From positions 1 to 64,000 of the forward strand of contig JAVKOQ020000079.1 in assembly GCA_031835245.2 (NCBI GenBank): a stretch of DNA of 64,000 nucleotides, in the 5' to 3' direction. The notes under the pieces are model-generated. The model was not told the DNA's origin. It saw only the letters and a list, made by a program, of their open reading frames with translations, and searched no databases. The stretch is from Balamuthia mandrillaris (Eukaryota). Shown here piece after piece: positions 1-11,915 of the stretch. The position numbers and the translations under genes were made by a program. Every line of letters begins with the position of its first letter. Within the stretch, counting starts at the first letter, position 1.

Positions 1-1101
1 TCCTCTCCTGTTCATCGAGAACCTTCCTTAGAGCTTCCACCATTGGTTGCCTCGCTCTCCCCCTCTGCCAAAAAGGAGTATCGTCGTTTGCTTGCCGACA
101 TTCGTCGTAAGGAAGGTTGTTCGTCTTCCGCACAGGCTCTTCTCCATCACATCCCGCTGCTCATGGAGAAAGTGGAAGAACATAGCAACAAGCTGCAACT
201 ATTGCAACAATTCATGCAGGAACACGTCCTCAACGACGATGAAAGAGCGAGGGAAGTGGCCAATGATCCCATTCGCAAAGCAATCTTTGAGCGCCGTGTG
301 GGGAACCTCTCTCCAGAACAACTAGAAGAGGCTGTACGACGCGGAGACCTGGTCCTGTCTTTAATGGAGGCGGAGCTATTTTTTCAACAGAGCCAACAAA
401 GCAGCCAGGCCGTTGTGGAAGCTCATGGTCGCAACGACCTCAAGACCCTCACTCTTCTTTGGTTGGAGAAACATTTCAACAAAACCAAAAAACAACGAAC
501 AAATTCGAAGACAAAGAGTGGAGCAGCTGCCACCAAAGAGGCGCAACTGCTCAACAATGCGTTTCGAGCACAAACGCCCATGTTGACAAGGAATGCTAAA
601 GTGTTGCTCTTCGTCAATACGAAAAAGCAGCAAGCGGCAGTGATAGAATCGCTTGGATCCGATATTGCCATTCCTCTTCACACCTATCACGATGTCGAGC
701 GCTTCAAACAAATGGACGTCAGCAACAACAACAAAAAGAAAAAGCAAAAAGGATCAACTGGTGCAAGAATCGGCGTTGGGCTCTATACCAAGATAGGCGA
801 AGGTTTAAACGTACAATTCGTGGAGATGGTCGTCTTCTACTCCCTGCAACCGAATCCAGCCAAACATATTCAAGCAGAAGCCAGGGTGAACCGTCAAGGC
901 CAAATGCAGCGGGTGAAAACGGTCTGCTTCTACACAGGAGGCACCATAGACCAAAGGATGTACGAGATCTTGCTGCGAAAGGCCAATCAGATCTATTACA
1001 TGGTGGGTGGTTCGGCTTTGTTGGAGGTGCCCAAGTTTGTGGAAGAGGCGCTTCTTAAGGATGAAGAAGAAGAAGAAGAAGAAGAAGAACAAGAAGATTA
1101 A
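1..1101 (+). CDS. SNF2-family helicase-like protein, C-terminal part (5' truncated by window edge)
   Basis: HELICc-like motifs: IGEGLNVQFVEMVVFY, NPAKHIQAEARVNRQGQ, GTIDQRMYEILLRK; acidic tail; TAA at 1099-1101. Confidence 0.75.
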   Translation, partial: SSPVHREPSLELPPLVASLSPSAKKEYRRLLADIRRKEGCSSSAQALLHHIPLLMEKVEEHSNKLQLLQQFMQEHVLNDDERAREVANDPIRKAIFERRVGNLSPEQLEEAVRRGDLVLSLMEAELFFQQSQQSSQAVVEAHGRNDLKTLTLLWLEKHFNKTKKQRTNSKTKSGAAATKEAQLLNNAFRAQTPMLTRNAKVLLFVNTKKQQAAVIESLGSDIAIPLHTYHDVERFKQMDVSNNNKKKKQKGSTGARIGVGLYTKIGEGLNVQFVEMVVFYSLQPNPAKHIQAEARVNRQGQMQRVKTVCFYTGGTIDQRMYEILLRKANQIYYMVGGSALLEVPKFVEEALLKDEEEEEEEEEQED

Positions 1102-1167
1102 GAAAAAAAATCTGTTGGTTCTGGCCATCTAGTAAAATCCTGCATTCCTTTCCCTTCGTGCCCTCAT

Positions 1168-1206
<39 letters not shown>

Positions 1207-1664
1207 CTCTCTATTCGTTGTTCTGTGTCCCTTTTTACGACTAGTTTTCTATTGGTGTAGCCATTGAAAAGCTTCCTTCTGGCATCTTTCATGTCCTTGT
1301 TTCTCCTTGTCCTTGTTCGTGTCTTCTCCTTCTGACCGACCAGCCTTTCTGAAACTTACCATTCCATTTTCGTCGAAGACTATTTCGCCTAACTTCACAC
1401 TCTTTTGCTTCCTCTAATACTTCTCTTCGCTGATTTGGCCTTCTTTACAGCATCGTCCAAATCATCAGATTGTGTCATTCAAGCAGTTCAGCTGCAACCT
1501 TTCGTGTTCTCAGAGTTTGCATCTCCCTATTATGGTCTGTTCCTTCGTAGAAGCTTACGCCAATTCCACATTGCTAAGAGACAAAGGACAACTCTTTAGT
1601 GATTTGTCTGCCTGTTTGAGTGCACTGTACAATAAGAACGAGCACAAACTGTACCTTTTTTCCT

Positions 1665-2876
1665 TCAGAAGAGCTTCTCTGGCAGTTCTCGTACCACGTT
1701 TCTGTAATCGTGAACCAACTCTTCCACGATTTCCGCGGCCGGTTTGACCTCTCTTGCCAGTCCGACTCCACATCCAGCCCAAACCACAACCCTTTCATAG
1801 TCTCCCTCCTCCACCGCTGTTCTGTACTCTTCCTTCATCCTTTCTGCTTTGTTGCTTTGTGGTTCTCCTCCTTCTTCTTCCCATTGTCTCACCATTTCGT
1901 TGCGAAGAGCCCTTCCATCGTATGCAGCTGGCCATCCAGTCGTGCTTCTCAACTCATCAAACAATCGTGTTCGGGTGGTATTCCTACCTCCATCCTTTGC
2001 CTTGAGGACAGCCTCTTTGTGCGCCGGTGGCAAGCGAGCCTCCTCCGCCACCAGGAAGCGAGTGCCCAACACCACTCCATCCGCTCCCAATGCCATCGCT
2101 GCGGCTATCCCTCTTCCGTCCATGATGCCTCCTGCGGCCCACAACAATGGTCCTCTTCCTTTCGCTCCTTCTTCTTTGCTCTTTTGTTGGTGATGAGCGG
2201 AGAAGGCGTCACGAACTTCAGGGAGAAGAGCAGTGAGACCAGCAGAAGCTTTGCGGCCGTGACCGCCGGCATCGTGGCCTTGAGCCACCACGACATCTAC
2301 CCCGGCTTCGCTCGCTTCCAGGGCTTCTTTCACGCTTCCCACTTGAGCAAAGACCGCTGGTGGTGGTGAAGAAGAAGAAGAGGAGAGTTGGTGGATGGTG
2401 TTGACCCATGAAAGAAAGCCTCCTCCTCCTCCTTCTTCTTCTTCGCTTTCTTCAGGAGCAAAGAGCCAAAGTGCAGAGGGACGGTGAGAGAGGATGTTGG
2501 AGAGGAGTTGCTGGCGTTCACTGGGTGACCTGGCAGAGGTCCATGCGATCAGCCCCACTCCTACGGGAAGTGGGGTGGAAGGTTCCTCCTCCAGGGACAA
2601 CAGACTACGAGCACGACGCAACTCAGCCTCCAGTTTGAGCATATCGTAACCTGAACAACAATAACCACAATTTTATATATGGGGAGGGATCAAACGAAAA
2701 AAATGACAAAAAAGGTTACCAGCAGCGATGAAGCCAAGACCGCCTGCTTGGGAGACGGCAACTGCCAGCTCTGCCCCAGAGATGAACGCCATCGGTGCAG
2801 CCACGATGGGATACTTCAGCCCCTGGAGGGACGGCAACAGCGCACGCACACTTTCTCTTGCTTTTGCTGTGCTTAT
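1665..2876 (-). CDS. Nitronate monooxygenase / 2-nitropropane dioxygenase family flavoprotein, 2 exons (intron 2651-2719)
   Basis: Exon 1 gives YPIVAAPMAFISGAELAVAVSQAGGLGFIAAG; exon 2 gives VVAQGHDAGGHG, AAGGIMDGRGIAAAMALGADGVVLGTRF, VWAGCGVG; GT..AG intron keeps the frame; start codon uncertain. Confidence 0.9.
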
Positions 2877-3027
2877 TTATGTCGACTTGTACATAATATT
2901 ATGTCGACAAATCAGATCCTAATTCGATCGATCCCGTAATTTCTATAAAATTTCCATACAAAATCTTTGATTTTTGATTGGCCTTCTTTTTGAATTGTTT
3001 TATCGGTGCAGAAAGAGAAAGAGGAAC

Positions 3028-4230
3028 ATGCCGACGAGCGAACCACCGCCTCCACCGCCCTCGCTCGCCCTTCTGGACTTGCCCTACGAGGTGCTGTGCT
3101 TGGTGCTGGAGTTCATCCCCGTGCGTGAGCTCCTCCGTGGCCCCGCGCTGACCTGCAGGCTCTTCCACCAAGCCGCCTACGAGGACCCCGCCTGGCGTCG
3201 CCGTTGCGAACGGGACCTCGGCATAGAGCAACCGGAAGGAGAAGAAGAAGAAGAAGGAGAAGAAGAAGAACCAGAAGAAGGGAAGTGGAGACGGACCTAT
3301 GCCCTGCACGCGGGGATGCCCTGGGACCCCAAGCACATCACCCTCTCCCATGCCGACCGGGCCAAGCTCTTGCTGGCAGCCGAGGAGGGAGGAGGGATCG
3401 GCCTCTCGTGCAATGGACCCAGCCTGGCGGAGCTCGGCGTGAACCTCTTCCTGGAGAACGCCCAACGGAGGGTCCGTTGGGGAGGCCCTCCCAACCACCT
3501 CTCCATCCGCAGCCAAGCCTCCTTTGCCGTGGGGAGGCACGCCTTTGAGTTCATCATACGCGGCAAGGAGGGCAACCATTTGTTCGGCGTGGGGCTCATT
3601 GATGAGAGTTGGGATTGCAGGCTGCATGCCCACTTGAAGAGCAAGATTGCCAGAAGTTGGTTTTGGTGGAATGCTGTTGGTTGTAAGTACGTTCTGTGTT
3701 CTTGTTCTTCTTGTTGTTGCTGTTCTGCTGCTTCTGCTTCTGCTTCTGCTTCTGCTTCTGCTTCTGCTTCTGCTTCTGCTTCTGCGAATTCTTAGGTTCC
3801 GCTTCGTCCGAAAACAAACAAAAGGCACACTATCGTAGGTCGCACGGATGAATATGGCAAACACATACGAAGAGAAGTGACCACCGCATGGGGTGCAGGC
3901 GATCGCTTGGGCGTTTTACTCAACCTCGATCCTCTTCCTCAACCACAAAAGGCATCCAAGAAAAACCTCAAACTGTTCTCCTTCAACAGAACCATTCACT
4001 TCTTCAAGAACGGAACATGGGCTGAGAGCCTCGCACTTCCAGACGACGTGAACCGTCTTTGGGCAGCTGTGAACCTCTATGGCGTTGGGGACTCGGTGGA
4101 GCTGCATCGCGTTCCAAAGGAACAATTTGAGGAGGCGTTGGATAAGGTGTGGCTCTCGGATCCCAAACAATTGGAACATTGTCTGACGGAGCAACGAATG
4201 AAGCTGAAGGAAGTCGGATGGAACAAGTAA
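3028..4230 (+). CDS. F-box protein with SPRY/B30.2-like domain, one repeat-filled intron (~3685-3830)
   Basis: LLDLPYEVLCLVLEFIPVRELLRGPALTCRLFHQAAYEDPAWRRRC is an F-box; WGAGDRLGVLLNL...IHFFKNG...LWAAVNLYGVGDSVEL is SPRY-like. Confidence 0.8.
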
Positions 4231-4258
4231 AGTAGGAACAAGTGAGAAAGGAAGAATA

Positions 4259-4294
<36 letters not shown>

Positions 4295-4599
4295 ATGAGA
4301 GAGAAGAATGAACAATCGTTTTATTCTGCATTCGTTGTATTGTATTCATGTTAGGTTATTTGCCTGTCTTTTCAACCGTAGAAAGTAGACCACCCCAACG
4401 ACGGACAATGAGAAGATGCTTTATCTTCAGAGCCACAGCAAGACCACGCATACAACACGCCTGCATCACTGATCTCATTGCTGCCCATATGCCCATCAAA
4501 GTTCATCTCATCCCTTTGTTTTGTTACAAAAGGTTAAAACAATGCCCCAGCTACTCTCCACCCGTCGTTCTGTCTTCTCTCATGGTTCTTTACATTACC

Positions 4600-5343
4600 T
4601 AACAGGTTCCCATGTGCCATTGTGGGGTTGAGGGCCAGGGCTCTCGACAGGTATGTGTTCTGTTTCCGTTGGTGGCTGCATTCAAATGTTTATTGGAGAT
4701 CGATAAGGAAACGACAAGAAGAAGAAGAAGAAGAAGAACAAGAAGAAGAACAAGAAGGAGAAGAAGAATAAGAATAAGAATAAGAACAAGAAGAAGAACG
4801 ACAGCATTACCTCGAATGACAATACATCATCGTCACCACAAAACCGACGTGCTCGTGCAGAGACAAACTCTTGCAACTTCTTACAAAGAAATGGGTACCT
4901 TTGAAACAAAAAAAAAAATAAGTTCATTTTCAACAAAAACAAAAGAGAACACATATAAAAACCTTTTCTGATGCTCCGGATAGTCCGTGAAGTCGTCTTG
5001 AAAGGTGTCAAAGCCAAGCTCCTCTTGGATGGCGTAACCATCGAAAAAGAACGACCCGTCGTCGTCCTTCTCGCTGCGGAACTGCCTCTCGTACTTTAGT
5101 GCCGCTTTGTAGTTGGCCCCTTTCTTCTGCAGTTCCTTTTCTTTCTCGCTCAAGGCCTCTTTTTCCTTCGCAATAAAGAAGCGTTACATGCAGCAGAAAA
5201 AGAGAGAAAGAAAGGAAAAAAGCAAAAAAAACCATTGCGATGGACTGAGAGGTCAATTCACTGGGTTGCGTGCTTTCGTTCTGGCTTGGTGCTACACCAC
5301 CACCACCAGCAGCAGCACCAACGAACCGGCGGAGTCGTTCCAT
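4600..5343 (-). CDS. Hypothetical multi-exon protein
   Basis: Coding-like segments (ELQKKGANYKAALKYERQFRSEKDDDGSFFFDGYAIQEELGFDTFQDDFTDYPEHQK) separated by pyrimidine-rich intron-like tracts; ends uncertain. Confidence 0.45.
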
Positions 5344-5473
5344 AGGAGACAAACAGTTCTTCGGTGCCACAAAGAGACTCTAGATCGCGTTGCCGAACAA
5401 AAAAATACAGCAAGAGAAAACGGTGCAATTTTCAGCGATAACATTACTCATTTACACCAATTAATCTCGTCAG

Positions 5474-5555
5474 GACGTCGTGACCGAGTGGTTAAGGTGA
5501 TTGACTAGAAATCAATTGGGCTCTGCCCGCGCAGGTTCGAATCCTGCCGACGTCG
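5474..5555 (+). tRNA. tRNA-Ser (anticodon AGA)
   Basis: Acceptor stem GACGTCG/CGACGTC, anticodon loop CT-AGA-AA, long variable arm, GGTTCGAATCC B-box, T-run terminator downstream. Confidence 0.97.
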
Positions 5556-5684
5556 ATATGTTTTTTAGTGAATTTTTTGCCGACGCCATCATTCATTTGC
5601 CGTGAGGATAGATTGCGCGTAAAGGCGAGCCGTTACCTCTCTGCCATTTTGTAAATTAACTTTTTGTTAACGAAGGAGAGAGGG

Positions 5685-8600
5685 ATGCACTCCTGTCGGC
5701 GGAGAGTATGCTTGGCTTGGGCGCTTTGCTGCTTGGTTTCATGGACTTGTTGCGGTTGGTGTGCGCGAGCTGTATCATCTCTCTCTTTTTTTTTTTTGTG
5801 GTTGTGTCCACTCACGAAAGAGACGCTTATATACCCAACAGAGGATATCCGTAATGTTCCGTCAGAATGTACCGCCTGTAACCTCAACACCTTCTTAAGT
5901 ACGATTATTTTTTCCTCTATATCGACTTATTCTATTTCGTTTCCTGTTTGAAGCTGTTCACTTTATTAAACTTCGATACCAGTGAGTCTGACCGATGCTG
6001 TTCGTTTGATGGTGCCTCCGGGCGCCTACGCATGGACAGTCGCCAACTATCCAACTCCAGTTACAATCCAGTTAACTTTCGAAAAGCCATTCTCCCAATG
6101 TTCTTCTTCTGATTTTAACCTCCACGACGAAACACAAAAAACAAAGAGGAACAGGAAACGAGCCTACGGAAGTTATGATAACGGGTTGTCTTTCCACAGG
6201 CGCTATCATGGCCAATATCACTTTGAACAATGTTTGGGTGCAAGGACCTTGTGTTCCGGTACCACTCTTACACGTCGATGGCCATTCGACGCTCTCCCTG
6301 GATAACGTGCACCTCCAAAACGAAGATGGAGCGGTCATTGTTATGGAAGCAGGGTCTTCCTTAGTCACGAACGATATCTTCATCGGCACGTCCGCTAATG
6401 CAGGTTTCTCTCGCTTATCCGTTCCTCTCTCCTCTTTTCCTCTCCGCTCTTCTCTCCTAAATGAAATATATAGTCAAACTGAATGGAGTGACATGGGTCA
6501 GCAATGGCGCTGTTAATGTAGAAGATAGCGTCAGTTCAGGTTCGCTTTCTGCTCTTTCTTCCTTTTATTTTTTTTTTTATTTTGGTGGCTTGGTTCTCCT
6601 CTTTCGCTTTTCTTCAGCGCTACCATCGCTTCTCTTCCTACGTACCTCTTCGCTTGACCTCCATGAATGCATTTGCCTCTTTACAGACAGTTATGCAGTC
6701 GGGGTTTCACAAAATTCCCTCTGGATGAGCAATGGTCCCGTTCATTTTCGCAACTGCAAGCCTTATGGTACTTGGTTCATTCTCTCCTTTATTACTTGCA
6801 CTTTTTCTTTGTTTTAAATCACATTTGGCAAAAGCTGTATTACTCGATGATGGAAGCGCATGGGCATCCAGCAATGAAGTAAGCTTTGAGAATTGTTCCA
6901 ATGGTACGCTTGTTGTTGTTTGCTTTCTAGAAAAGACGAGTTGGGTCTTACTATCCATCCTTTCAACAACAGCCGTAACACTTAATCGTTCGTCTACTTG
7001 GGAGCAAAATGGACTCGTAAAGTTTCTTCACAACGAAGCTGCCGTTGAGCTCTTTCTTGGTGAGAATTGTATTGCCCGTAAAGCAATTGTAGGATGTCCT
7101 TATTTGTTTTTTTTCACAGTTGATGTGCAGTCCTCCACGTGGCGAAGTAAAAGTTTGATAGAGTTCTATGACAACACGATCTCCTCTGGTTAGTATTTCT
7201 TCTTCATCTTCATTTTCTTTGTCATCGCCATCATCTTCTTGTTTTTGTTGTTGTTCTTATTCTTGTTCTTCTTCTTCTTGTTCTTCTTCTTCTTCTTCTT
7301 CTTCTCCTCTTCATTAGCTTTTATTGTTAACTCTTTTTCTTCTATACACAGGAGCCTACATCCGCTTGCAAAACTCAAACGCAAGCTTTCTGTACACGCC
7401 TTCCCTACCGCAAACGCCCAACCCGCCAGGCTTACTAGCATGCTTCTCCAGTACTGTCTATGCCCCACCAACAGACTGCTCCGCTTCCAGCTGCATAAAC
7501 TGTAACTTTATTCCCATTCCGCTCGTCGAATGGCAACGTAACCCACAGCACATGATGGTCTCCGACAAGAAGGGCACGAAGAAGGTGGTCTTCTACGAAG
7601 CAGGAGAGCAGCCATTCTTCCTTCACTTCAACCCTCTTCCCACAAACACGTTTCTGCTGGACGTTATGACAGAGAGCCTTGATAGAGATGATGGGTCCAT
7701 CTTCGTGAAGAACCAGAGCATTCTCGTTGAACCAAACTCGCCCAAAGCGCCAGAATTCGTGGTTGCCATAACAGATGCATCACCTACAACCGAGTTTCAG
7801 TTGGTTCTCAGACCTTCCAGTGAATACAACCCAACATACAGCCTGACATCCAACAACTACGCGGTGAACGTAGCGGTCACACCTCCCGTTCGTTTGCCAA
7901 CCGCTGCCATCCTCTTCCCAGAAGGCTCTCCCGACTTTATCTTTGCACCCACGGGAGGCAAGCAAGCAGAAGACATCTCAGCCACAGCCCTGCGGGCCTT
8001 CTTTTTGCAGCTGGTGGAAGTGGACTCTTCTGCCCAAACCGTGGTGACCTCTGTCTCCCTGGTGGACATGCTTTGGGAGAGCGTGGTGGATTCTTCTTCC
8101 GGAGAGATCATCTTCTCTGCCAACTTCACCGTCGAGGAGGAGGAGGAGGAGGAGGAGGAGGAGCGCCCTGTGGTCATGCAGGTGGTGTTCCAAGCGGTGG
8201 CAGGGGGAGAGGAAGTGGAACTTCCCAACGGTTCCCTCCTTGCCTTCCAGGAGGATGGCTTGAAGTGGACGCTGCTTTTGCAGGATTGGCCTTTCGTGCA
8301 TGAAGACAACCTCTTGGAACTTCACACCATTCTTCGAACGGGAGAGGAGCAGTGGTTGAATGTGCAAGAAGTTCACAGCGGAGGAGGAGGAGGAGGGGAA
8401 GGAGAAAAAGAAGAAAGAGAGTTTGTGTTGGAGGCGGAGGAGAGCCGAGCCTTGTTGCGAGTGTTGTCTGTGGCCTGGGCGGAGGAGGAGTTTGAAACAT
8501 CAAAGCAAGTGGGAGTGCGAGTGGAGCGATTGGAGGAAGCGGAAGCGGAAGCGGAAGTGGTGTTCACCCTGCCTCACTTCCACCATTCTCTGCGATACGA

Positions 8601-8820
8601 TCCCGATGTTTCTGTTTTGTTGACAGGGAGCGATGGAGGAGATGGGGAGGATGGGGAGGAGGAGGAGGATGAGGATGAAATGCTGCTGGCCATTGTGTTG
8701 CCGGTGGTGTTGGGCGTGGTGGTCCTGGTGGCAGTCGTGGTGACAGCGACGACTGTGGTCGTGAGGAAACGGATGAACGGCAGAACCATCAAACAGGGTG
8801 CTGCAGTCAACTTCGAATAA
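5685..8820 (+). CDS. Type I surface protein, paralog 1: signal peptide, short-exon beta-helix-like repeats, ComC-supersandwich-like domain, TM helix
   Basis: Hydrophobic N-terminus; repeated W-x-S-N-G-x-V micro-exons; last exon has KWTLLLQDWPF...LRYDPDVSVLL, acidic linker, TM segment and basic tail; homologous to 20641-23911 and 24199-27335. Confidence 0.75.
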
Positions 8821-9008
8821 TGCCAACAAGCAGAAGATGAACGCAAGTTCTTGGTTTCAAAGAAACGATTGGCGTTCTGTTAAACGAATGGCTATGGAAG
8901 TGGTTTGATATAGTGCTCAATATGTCAAGAATAAGAGCGCATGTGTAACGCATTACACAACAAATTAAAAGCAATAAACGAAAAAAAAATATAAAGAAAG
9001 AGAGAAGA

Positions 9009-10285
9009 TGATGGACCGACACCACAACAACAATGGGGCTGCCCCTCTCCTGGCCGACCGAGCCTTGGTCCTGTCCTTACTCTCTGACATTGCCGACTGG
9101 AAAATTCAAACCACAAGACTGGAAGAAAATCTAAGAGCCGCGTTAGGCATGGTCTCCTCCTCTTCTTCATCTTCCAACGAGGATGAACGTCAACCCAAAT
9201 CAAGAAGGGACGCCTCTTTCCAGTCCATCTACTCCACCACCCTCACCACCAACCAAAAAAGCTACGGCATTCTCGAGGTGGAAATCGGCTCCTCCTCCAA
9301 CGCACACCCCACCAAGCAAGCGAGCTCCTCTCCTTCTTCTTCCCATCGCGGCCAACGCCCTGAGTTTCAATCCATCTACTCCTCCGTTCCTTCTCTCCAC
9401 AACGAGGCCTACGGTCAGCTCATCGAAGAAGAACATCAACAACAACCTCACCAACAGGTAGCTCAACCCATTCGGTTGGTGGGTGGATCCCCTTCCTCTT
9501 CCCCTGTCTCCAATGCACCGTTGCTTCGCTCCATATCGTTACCGCCTCAGCAAACGGGAGAAGAAAGCGAAGCAAGGCAAAGGGAAAGAGAGAGAGAAGA
9601 AAGCAAGACGCCGCCCTATGCGAGAAGACACACCGTGGGGCCGCACGTTAGCAGCGGAGCAAGAGGAGGGGCCGTCATTCTTGCTGGCAGCGGTGGCAAC
9701 CACCACACTCGCCGAAACCCTTCTTCTCTGTCTTCTTCTCCTCCTTCATCCTCTGCTTCCCCCTCTTCTTCTGCTTCTGCTTCCCCTTCGTCTTCCTCTT
9801 CTTCCGTTCCTGCGGTTGTTGCTTCGCCGGATAGAGCCAAACGAATGTTGTCTACCTCGACGGATGAGAAGTTACGAGCAGCCACCACGCGCACTCTCCT
9901 CAAACTGCAACAAAAGTTGGAGCAACTGGAAATGGAGCTCTCCTTTGCTTCTTCTTCCGGTTCTTCCTCCGCGAAGCAACAACTGGTCGCAACAGCAACT
10001 TATCTTTCGAAGAACATCCATGCTCCGATGCAAGAACTTCGTTCCTCCCTTGCTCCTTTGCTTCCTCTCCTCCCTCCAGAAGAAAGTAAAGAGGGCGAAG
10101 AGAGCGAAGGGGATGCCATGACAAAAGTCAAGTCGGCCGCGTTGAGGAACGTGCGTTCCCATCTGCAAACGGTGAAAGCGATCGTGGCCCGGCTTCATCC
10201 TCAACAACAAGAAGAGGAGGATGAAAGAAATGTTGTGACAATATCGAAAGCGGTGGCGAAAACGTGGACTGCTATTCCGCATTAA
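9009..10285 (+). CDS. Hypothetical Ser-rich protein with helical C-terminus
   Basis: Uninterrupted ~425-aa ORF followed by an AT-rich 3' region. Confidence 0.65.
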
Positions 10286-10718
10286 CATTAAAAAAAAGGT
10301 GGAATAAAATAAAGTATGTATAATAATAGTAATATAGAATAAGAAATAAAAATAATATAGTTCAATTTGGGATGTTTAAACAGAGAGAAAAGAGAGAAAG
10401 ATAAAGAGAGAAAAGAGAGAGAGAGAACTTGCGCTTATGCTCATGCCTTCTCTTTGCTTTTTGTTTTCTGTAGGAACGTAGTTGTTGTTGCAGTCACTCT
10501 TGTCTGCCTCTACCAACTGCGATCGTTTCCCTTCCGTTACGCTCCAAAAAAAAAAGTTCCTCCGCGTTTGTTTGCTACCTTCTATCTTCCTCTGCTCTCT
10601 CTTCTGATTATTCCTTTTGTTGTTACCGAATTAGAGAATAAACGAAGAGAGGAAAGAGAGGAGAGATACGTACGTGGTGCAATTCGTTCTCAGATACTGA
10701 GTTTTTGTTCTTCTGTTT

Positions 10719-11915
10719 TTAGGCTTGTTGGTATTGTTGGTGATGATGAGGTTTCTGTTGCTGCTGTTGCAGGTGAAGCTGCTGTTGCTGTTGTTGCTGT
10801 TCTTTGAGCGCTTTCGCTCGCTCCGCCTCTTCTCGCTCCAACTTTTTCCTCGCTCTCCATCGCTGTACTCTCAATCGATTGAGCTCCCTTCGTCGCTCCT
10901 CACGTTGCGCCAATGTCCATTCCTCATCCTCCTCTGTCCGCGTCTTCGCTCCACCAACCGCTGCACCGGAACTACCGAGATGTGAGTCGCCTCCTTCCAA
11001 CCCTACAGCAACGCCAGTTCCAGTTTTGGCGATAGTGCTGCTTCCTTTTCTCTTCTTTCCTGTGGCTGGAGCTCCACCTCGGCCACCTTTCCTACCGCCA
11101 CGCCCTACGGGAGTGGAAGCGTAGGCAGTGCCGGTGGAGGTTACGCCTTTGGAAAGAGCGGAGACAATTATGGGTGTTGCCGTTCGGGTCTTTCTTTTCT
11201 TGCGTTGCTTGCTTCGTTCTTCGTCCTCTCTCCACGTTTTGTCCTCTTCTTTCTTTCGTGAGGACCTGGTAATGGTTTTGTGTTGCTGCTCGTCAAAGTC
11301 TCCTTCGTATTCTTCTTCATCTTCTTCTTCTTCTTCGTCTTCGTCTTTCTCTTCCTCTTCTTCCTCTTCTTCATATGCTGCCGACGCTATCGCCGCTTTT
11401 GATGTTTTTCTGGGCCTGTTCTCGGCCATTCCAGGAACCGCTCGTCGCGTGGCTCTGCTTCGTTCTTTCTTAATCATGTGTCGGAAGCTCTCATCCTCGC
11501 TCATGTGCAAACCACCACCACCAACAAGGCCTCCCATGTCATCCTCACTCATTGACTCTCTATCCTCTTCATCATCTCCCCCGGAGGAAGAGGCCGAGCG
11601 GTAATACAGAAGCCCAGCAGCAGCTCCAGGCTGTCCTGGTCTTTCTTTCTTGACCCTTTTCCTTCGGAAGGAAGGTGAAACGGTTGCTGCTGGCAACAGG
11701 TTATTGCTCGTACTTTGTGCTCCTCCTCGTTTCCATTCCTTCACTCGAAAGAGTTTCCGTTCCTCCTCGATCACGCTCAAAAGGCAGTCCAGCAGCTTTG
11801 GATCTCGCTCCTCCTCGGAGGAGGAAGCGGCCGCAGCTGCTGCTGCACCTCCGCCATCGCTGCCGCTGTCGCTACGTTTGTTGTGTTTCGAATCTAACCT
11901 CATGCTTAGTCGCAT
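10719..11915 (-). CDS. Low-complexity nuclear protein with a bZIP-like basic region (putative transcription factor)
   Basis: ERRRELNRLRVQRWRARKKLEREEAERAKAL resembles the bZIP N-x7-R basic motif; acidic and NLS-like tracts; poly-Q tail; no clear leucine zipper. Confidence 0.6.
   Translation of the reverse strand: MRLSMRLDSKHNKRSDSGSDGGGAAAAAAASSSEEERDPKLLDCLLSVIEEERKLFRVKEWKRGGAQSTSNNLLPAATVSPSFRRKRVKKERPGQPGAAAGLLYYRSASSSGGDDEEDRESMSEDDMGGLVGGGGLHMSEDESFRHMIKKERSRATRRAVPGMAENRPRKTSKAAIASAAYEEEEEEEEKDEDEEEEEDEEEYEGDFDEQQHKTITRSSRKKEEDKTWREDEERSKQRKKRKTRTATPIIVSALSKGVTSTGTAYASTPVGRGGRKGGRGGAPATGKKRKGSSTIAKTGTGVAVGLEGGDSHLGSSGAAVGGAKTRTEEDEEWTLAQREERRRELNRLRVQRWRARKKLEREEAERAKALKEQQQQQQQLHLQQQQQKPHHHQQYQQA

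Noticed and set aside
1240..1480. Possible small minus-strand gene (MTQSDDLDDAVKKAKSAKR...)
   Set aside because: Short, with no recognisable motif and no convincing splice model
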